A stretch of DNA of 11,585 bases from Candidatus Sericytochromatia bacterium (GTDB taxonomy: Bacteria; Cyanobacteriota; Sericytochromatia; S15B-MN24; JAQBPE01): positions 1 to 11,585 of the forward strand of contig JAYKHR010000092.1 of assembly GCA_035285125.1 (NCBI GenBank). Direction: 5' to 3'. Position numbers and translations under genes: made by a program. This document shows positions 6,273 to 11,585 of this stretch, in pieces (position 1 is the first letter of the stretch; every line of letters begins with the position of its first letter). The notes beneath the pieces are model-generated. The model worked only from the letters and a program-made list of their open reading frames with translations, did no database searches and was not told the DNA's origin.

Positions 6273-8558
6273 CTAACAATCACTGAACCTGTGGCGGTCA
6301 ACGAGCATGTTCGCGACCAACCCCGTCCAGCCGGTCTGGTGGGAGGCGCCGAGGCCTTCGCCCGTGTCTCCGTGGTAGTACTCGTGGAACAGCAGGTCGT
6401 CCTGCCACCCCAGCCGCTGGCGCGCCGCGCGCTGGCTTCCGAAGCAGGGGCGATCGCCCGCGCCGTTGCGCAAGAAGAGCCGCGTGAGGCGGGCGCACAG
6501 CTCGGCCGCCACCCCGGCCAGGTCGAGGGGCTGGCCCGTGCGCGTCGGGCAGGGGACCCGCCAGGAGGGCCCCAGATGGGCGTGAATGGCCTGCAACGCT
6601 CGGATGAGCAGGTGGTTCATGGGAAACCACACGGGGCCGCGCCAGTTGCTGTTGCCCCCGAACATCCCCGTGGTGGACTCGGCCGGCTCGTAGGCCACGG
6701 TGTGCGTCCCCCCCGGCACGGCCAGCGTGTACGGGGCCTCGGCGTGGCGCCGCGACAGGCTGCGCACACCGAAGGGCGACAGGAACTCGTCCTCGTCGAG
6801 CACCACCGCCAGGATCCGGCGCAGGCGTTCGGTCGGCACCAGGCTCACCAGCGCGGCGCCAGGCTGATCCGGGTCGGGCAGCCAGGGCGCGAGCTCGGGG
6901 CGGGCCGCCCGCAGCCCCCGCACGCGAGCGGCCAGCTCGGGCTGTCGGGTCCAGGTGTCGGCAGGCACCACCAGGGTGGCGAACAGCGGCACGAGGCCGA
7001 CCATCGAGCGGACACGGAGCGGCACATGGCGGCCGTCCGGCAGCGTCAGCACGTCGTGGAAGAACCCCTCGCCCTCGTCCCAGAGGGAGATCCCGTCCTC
7101 TCCCACCTCCGAGACGGCGTGGGCGATGCGGGCGAAGTGCTCGAGGAAGCGACTCGCGAGGTCTGCATAGGTGGCATCCGCCTCGCCGAGGGCCAGCGAC
7201 AGCGCCAGCATGTCGAGCGCGAACATCGCCATCCAGGCCGAGCCGTCGGCTTGCTCGATGTGCCCGCCCGTGGGCAACTCCCGCGAGCGATCGAACACGC
7301 CGATGTTGTCGAGGCCCAGGAAGCCACCCTCGTACAGGTGGTTGCCCTGCGCATCCTTGCGGTTCACCCACCACGTGAACTGGAGCAGCAGCTTGTGAAA
7401 GGCCTGCCGGAGGAAGGCCAGGTCTGCCGTGCCGTGGCGCTCCTGCTCGAGGCGGTACAAGGCGAGCGTCGCCATCGCCAGCACGGGCGGGTTGGTGTCC
7501 GAGAAGTTCCACTCGTAGGCGGGCACCTGGCCGTCGGGGCCCTGGTAGCCGTCCGACAGCAGCAGCAGCTGGTCCTTGGCGAACCGGGGGTCCATCAGGG
7601 CCAGGGGCAGGCAGTGGAAGGCCAGATCCCACCCGGCGTACCAGGGATACTCCCATGCATCCGGCATCGAGATCACGTCGGCATGCCGCATGTGGCGCCA
7701 GGCCCCGTTGCGCACGTCGCCGCGGCCGGGCGGGGGGGGCGGCATCGCGGGGTCGCCGCGCAGCCACGTCGCCACGTCGTGGTGGTAGAACTGCTTTGTC
7801 CAGACCATGCCGGCCAGCGCCTGCCGGGCCACGGCCCGCGCGTCCGGCTCCAGGGTCTCCGGCAGGAGCCCGGCCCAGAACGCCTAGGCCTCTGCCTGGC
7901 GGGCCTCGCGCACGATGGAGGGTCGGGCCGTGTCGCCCGTCCAGCTCCAGGTGTTGCGGAACCACGCTGTCGGCAGCAGGTGGAGTTCGGCCGGCTCCTC
8001 GCCCCGGTACGTCACGGTGATCCAGCACAGCAGGTCCTCGGCATCCGCCTTGCCCCACTGCACGTCGACATCGAAGTAGCGACCTCCGTCGAAGACGACC
8101 GTGTCGAGGAGTTCGAACTCCGGTTGGTGGCGATCGCGCGCCGCGTTGCCCCGCACGAGGGCCTCGTAGGGGAAGGGGCCGTGGGGATACCTGTAGCGCA
8201 TGTGGAGCCAGGCGTGGGAGGGCAGGGCGTCGAGGTAGTGGTACTCCTCCTTCACGTCTTCGCCGTGGTTTCCCTCGGGGCCAGCCAGCCCGAACAGGCG
8301 CTCCTTCAAGATCGCATCGCGCCCGTTCCAGAGGCTCAAGGCGAGGCACAGGCGCTGCTCGCGGTCGCAAACGCCCGCCAGCCCGTCCTCGTTCCAGCGG
8401 TAGGCCCGCGAACGGGCCTCGTCGTGCGTCAGGTGCTGCCACGCGTCGCCGGTGGCCGAGTAGTCCTCCCGGACGGTGCCCCAGGCCCGCTCCGCGAGGT
8501 ACGGGCCCCAAGCGGACCATCGTGCCGGCGCTGCCAGTCGTTGCCGTTCGTCGTTCAT
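6273..8558 (-). pseudogene. MGH1-like / GH63-type glucosidase interrupted by an in-frame TAG at 7884-7886
   Basis: ORFs 7884..8558 and 6273..7832 share a frame and read ...RQAEA*AFWAGLLP...RQALAGMVWTKQFY. Family motifs: WGPYLAERAWGTVREDYS, GNHGEDVKE, SMPDAWEYPWYAGWDLAFH, GGFLGLDNIGVFDRS, NSNWRGPVW, GLGASHQTGWTGLVA. 762 codons in total. Confidence 0.8.
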
Positions 8559-8637
8559 GGCGGTTCCCCGCAGGCTGTGTCTGCCACCCCTTCATGCCCC
8601 GCAGCGGGTATAGGGCAACCGGGTCTCGACCTCGGGG

Positions 8638-9774
8638 GTGCGGGTCTTGTCTTCACGCCTTGGCCGGCTGGCCGCCCTGGCAACGTTCGTCGCGCTCGCA
8701 GGCTGCGTCTCGCCTCCGACGGAGGTGCGGTCGGCCGCGAGCGGGGGCGCCACTCGCCAGGGCTCTGCGGCACCGGTGCGGCGTCCCTCGCTGACGCCCG
8801 GGCCCTCGCCTGGCGAGCCCGGGCCTTCGCCGGTGGAGGCCCCCCCCCAAGCCCCGCCGTCCCCTGAACCCCGGCCCTCGGCCAGCCCAACGCCCGTGCC
8901 GCTGACGCCAGTGACGCCCGAGCCGTCGCTCCAGGCCTCACCGAGCCCCGAGCCCTCACCCTCGCCGCTGCCCACGCCCTGGCCTTTGCCGCTGGCCCGC
9001 GCCGATGGGGATCGGCCAGACGAGGAGGACGGCTTCCAGCTCCACGTGGTCTACGCCGTGCCAACGGACGGCGAGGACCGCGGGCGGGATCAAGACGGCT
9101 CCATCGCCCGCTCGGTGTACCGGGCTGACGACTGGCTGGCCCGCGAGACCGACCGCCTCGCGCCGGGGCGCGGCCAGCGCCTTCGCCTCGACCGGTCCGG
9201 TGGTGCCCTGGACATCACCCACGTGACCCTGCCGCGGGGGGACGACGCCTACCAGCGCCTCGGCACGAGGGCCCGGGAGCTCATCGAGACTGACCTCAAG
9301 GCCCTCGGCTACTCCCACCCTCGCAAGCTGTACGTGGTGTACTACGAGGGCACGAACCCGGTGGTGTGCGGTGGCGGCTGCTGGCCCCCTGACCAGCCGG
9401 GGACCGTTGCCGCCGCTTACTTGCAGGGCCTGCCCGCCAGCGGGCGGGACTGCGGGGCCAACCCGCTCCCGTCGGAGCGGGAGGAATTCGGCTACTGGGA
9501 GGCCGTGGTGGTTCACGAGGTTTTCCACTGCCTCGGGTTCGTGCCGCGCTCCGCGCCTCACCACTGGCGCGATGGCCACACCAGCAGCACCTGGGCGGAC
9601 CTCATGTATGCGGGCCCCGAGCTCTGGCGCCCGTCCGTGCTGGATGACCGGGGGGAGCTCTACGAGCACGCCCGGCCCGGAGGCCTCCAGCTCTCGCAGA
9701 GTGCCTTTCTGACGCCCCCACGCCCGGGAGCCGCCCCCCCCCCGCGCTGGGACGAGGCCATCCGCTCGCCCTGA
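8638..9774 (+). CDS. Lipoprotein with Pro/Ser/Thr-rich linker and a zinc metallopeptidase-like (HExxH) domain, 378 aa
   Basis: Signal peptide with canonical lipobox LAGC (Cys23), Pro-rich linker, HEVFHCLG at 9514-9537, further His residues and DLMY. The start codon has only a weak RBS. Confidence 0.75.
   Translation: MRVLSSRLGRLAALATFVALAGCVSPPTEVRSAASGGATRQGSAAPVRRPSLTPGPSPGEPGPSPVEAPPQAPPSPEPRPSASPTPVPLTPVTPEPSLQASPSPEPSPSPLPTPWPLPLARADGDRPDEEDGFQLHVVYAVPTDGEDRGRDQDGSIARSVYRADDWLARETDRLAPGRGQRLRLDRSGGALDITHVTLPRGDDAYQRLGTRARELIETDLKALGYSHPRKLYVVYYEGTNPVVCGGGCWPPDQPGTVAAAYLQGLPASGRDCGANPLPSEREEFGYWEAVVVHEVFHCLGFVPRSAPHHWRDGHTSSTWADLMYAGPELWRPSVLDDRGELYEHARPGGLQLSQSAFLTPPRPGAAPPPRWDEAIRSP
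8785..8990 (+). repeat. Low-complexity coding repeat (PSP/EPS/TP) forming the lipoprotein linker
   Basis: Translates to PSLTPGPSPGEPGPSPVEAPPQAPPSPEPRPSASPTPVPLTPVTPEPSLQASPSPEPSPSPLPTPWP, with imperfect CCGAGCC / CCCTCG units. Confidence 0.7.
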
Positions 9775-9783
9775 GGGGGGCGC

Positions 9784-11220
9784 TCAGCGGTCCAGCACGC
9801 CCTGCCAGGGATCGAGGCTGTCGCCGTCGGCGCCGGGGGCGGCCTCTGCGATCGGGGCTGGCTCCAGCAGCGGCAGGGTCACGGTGAAGGTGGTGCCCAC
9901 CTCGTCCTCGCTGCTGACGGAGAGCAGGCCGCCGTGGCCGTCCTCGACAATGTGCCTGGCGATCGTGAAGGCCAGGCCATCCGCGGGAGTGGGGCCTGGC
10001 CCGGCGCCCTCGGCGGCCAGCGGGCCGGCGAAGAGCTGCGCGAGATGCTCGGGGGGGAGCGCCTCGCCGGAGTCCGCGATCTCCAGCACGCCAAACTCAC
10101 CGACGGAGGACAGGCGCACGTGCAGCACGCCGCCCGGCGGGCTCTGGCGCCGGGCGTGGTTCAGCAGGGTCTCGAGGAGCTGCAGCAGGCGTGCCCGGTC
10201 GGCGCTGACCATCAGGGGCGTCACGGGCAGGCTCACGTCCAGCGAGAGCTGGCGGCGCCGCAGCGCCAGCTGCTCGTGCCCGCAAGCCTGCCGCACCAGC
10301 GCCACGAGGTTTTCCGGCTGGCGTTCATACGACATGGCCCCGTCCGTCACGCGCACGTAGTCGTGAACGTCCGCCACGAGGCGCACCAGGTGCTCAGCCC
10401 GGCTCGTGACCATGGCCAGCATGTCAGCCTCCTCGATGCCCAGCTTGCCCCGCGCACTGGTCGACACCACGTAGGCGTTGGTCTTGATGGCTGCCAGGGG
10501 TGAGCGCAAGGACTCGGTGACCAGCATCAGCAGGTCGCGCCGTTGAGCATCCTGGGCGCCGCGCCTCCCCGCACCGTTCTCCGACTGACGCAGCACGTCG
10601 TACAGCAGGGCTGCCACCAGCCACCATACGGGCACCAGCGTGAGCCAGGCCTCGCCCAGGTAGCCGAGCCAGACCCATCGCGACTGGAGCAGCGGGGGCA
10701 TCATGGTGGCCACCCAGGCGACGTACGCCAGGAGGGACCACCCCCAGATGGCGAGCCCCAGGCGGCCGACGCGCCGGGCTTTCACGATCAGGGCGCCGGC
10801 TGTCCAGGCGTGCGCGGCAAGGTAGGCCACCAGCACCGGCAGGCAGGCCGCGATGAACGGCACCTGGTTGTAATACCAGGCGCCTGAGGCGCCGGCGGCG
10901 CCCGCCGTCAGGAAGGCCGGGCCGAAGTCGGGCGACGCGTGCCCGTTCAGGCGCCGGACGGCGCGCACGAGCAGCATGGCCGTCAGCCCGGCACAGCCGA
11001 ACTCCACATAGTTGACGACACCGCCTGCCTCGCCGCGGCCGTAGACCAGCACCCAGAGCTGGCAGGCCAGGATGGCGGCCTTGCCGGCGCAGGCGCCGAG
11101 GAGCGTGGCCGCCACGTCGTCTTCGCGTCGCAGGGCCACCACCCAAACCGTCCACAGGGCCAGGACGCCTGCAAGCAGGCCGGTGAGGGTGAACAGCGTC
11201 AGGGTTTGAAGGTCGTTCAC
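9784..11220 (-). CDS. Membrane-bound histidine-kinase-like protein (about 7 TM + HisKA-like + HATPase_c-like) with degenerate catalytic motifs, 478 aa
   Basis: About seven hydrophobic segments in residues 1-210, then VTESLRSPLAAIK (H-box position), ADRARLLQLLETLLNHA (N-box), IADSGEAL (G1), GLAFTIARHIVEDGHGG (G2 region) and GTTFTVTLP. Confidence 0.85.
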   Translation of the reverse strand: MNDLQTLTLFTLTGLLAGVLALWTVWVVALRREDDVAATLLGACAGKAAILACQLWVLVYGRGEAGGVVNYVEFGCAGLTAMLLVRAVRRLNGHASPDFGPAFLTAGAAGASGAWYYNQVPFIAACLPVLVAYLAAHAWTAGALIVKARRVGRLGLAIWGWSLLAYVAWVATMMPPLLQSRWVWLGYLGEAWLTLVPVWWLVAALLYDVLRQSENGAGRRGAQDAQRRDLLMLVTESLRSPLAAIKTNAYVVSTSARGKLGIEEADMLAMVTSRAEHLVRLVADVHDYVRVTDGAMSYERQPENLVALVRQACGHEQLALRRRQLSLDVSLPVTPLMVSADRARLLQLLETLLNHARRQSPPGGVLHVRLSSVGEFGVLEIADSGEALPPEHLAQLFAGPLAAEGAGPGPTPADGLAFTIARHIVEDGHGGLLSVSSEDEVGTTFTVTLPLLEPAPIAEAAPGADGDSLDPWQGVLDR

Positions 11221-11335
11221 GGTCGGTCGCGCGGGCAGCGGGCCCTCGCAGGGCCCAAGGACCCTTGTACCGCATCCCTGGCGGGGTGGGCTGTGAGCGA
11301 GGCCAGGTTCCGGCTGGAAGATCTGAACCGGGTCG

Positions 11336-11585
11336 TCAGGCGCGAGGCCGAGCCGCCTCGGCAGCCAGCCGCCCCACGCCGGCCGCGAGGCCTGTCAGCA
11401 AGACGCCCCAGCCCAGGTCGACGGGCACGAGCGCCGCGGGCCAGCCAGCGATGACGGCCCAGTTGGTCAGCTCGTAGGTGCCGTAGGCGACAAGCCCGAG
11501 CCAGGCCCCACGGCCCGCCGCGTCGCCGGCCGACGTGGCCGGCGCCACGGCCTGCGCCACGATCGCCGCGACGTAGAACACGTAG
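11336..11585 (-). CDS. DUF2177-like small membrane protein, 5'-partial
   Basis: Frame is open to the right edge. C-terminal motif GAWLGLVAYGTYELTNWAVIAGWPAALVPVDLGWG matches the YxTYDLTN..W....D..WG pattern I recall for DUF2177. Confidence 0.8.
   Translation of the reverse strand, partial: YVFYVAAIVAQAVAPATSAGDAAGRGAWLGLVAYGTYELTNWAVIAGWPAALVPVDLGWGVLLTGLAAGVGRLAAEAARPRA

Noticed and set aside
7884..7886. Genome-wide TAG reassignment or pyrrolysine
   Set aside because: TAG terminates lysC and other genes at expected positions, and no pyl genes or suppressor tRNA are present in the window.
6298..8595. 765-aa minus-strand ORF in an alternative frame that bypasses the amber codon
   Set aside because: Arg/Gly/Pro/Ala-rich off-frame translation. 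All glucosidase motifs are in the other frame on both sides of the TAG, so no frameshift model is needed.
8600..8620. GGGTAT resembling a SigB/SigF-type -10 element in the divergent intergenic region
   Set aside because: No matching -35 element, and a single hexamer is not enough evidence.
5808..8867. 1019-aa plus-strand ORF
   Set aside because: Antisense shadow of the glucosidase and peptidase genes. No recognisable motifs, and long stop-free antisense frames are expected with strong GC3 bias.
8785..8990. Short repeats as a possible CRISPR or tandem DNA array
   Set aside because: Irregular, imperfect units fully explained by Pro/Ser/Glu codons in a protein linker, with no repeat-spacer periodicity.
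11240..11256. Hairpin GGGCCCT-CGC-AGGGCCC upstream of the pseudokinase
   Set aside because: 7-bp GC stem with no U-tract, expected by chance at this GC content.
2900..11585. Genomic island integrated at tRNA-Ala
   Set aside because: No integrase, no duplicate of the tRNA 3' end seen in the window, the native terminator directly follows the tRNA, and there is no obvious compositional shift.

Overview
Very GC-rich bacterial chromosomal window with no CRISPR array, transposase, integrase or phage gene recognisable. Left arm (+ strand): 5'-truncated M15-family metallopeptidase, homoserine kinase thrB (4-nt overlap), a 412-aa two-ACT aspartate kinase, then tRNA-Ala(GGC) with its own near-consensus sigma70 promoter and an intrinsic terminator. 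Middle (- strand): an MGH1/GH63-like glucosidase broken by an in-frame TAG and apparently lacking an internal block, a C39-like cysteine peptidase behind an AT-rich sigma28-like promoter, an NfsB-like nitroreductase, an MtnX-like HAD phosphatase, and a probable lipoprotein with four LTxxQ-like (Spy/CpxP-type) motifs. Right arm: a Pro-rich lipoprotein with an HExxH metallopeptidase-like domain (+), converging on a 7-TM histidine-kinase-like protein whose catalytic motifs are degenerate (-), and a partial DUF2177-like membrane protein. The best non-obvious signals are the His-less pseudo-histidine kinase, a nested SD+TTG start at codon 246 of the aspartate kinase (beta subunit), the amber-split glucosidase, and the tandem Spy-like lipoprotein with a CGPC motif. 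I cannot support a complete novel multi-gene system from this sequence alone. Family calls come from motif recognition by eye, not from database searches.
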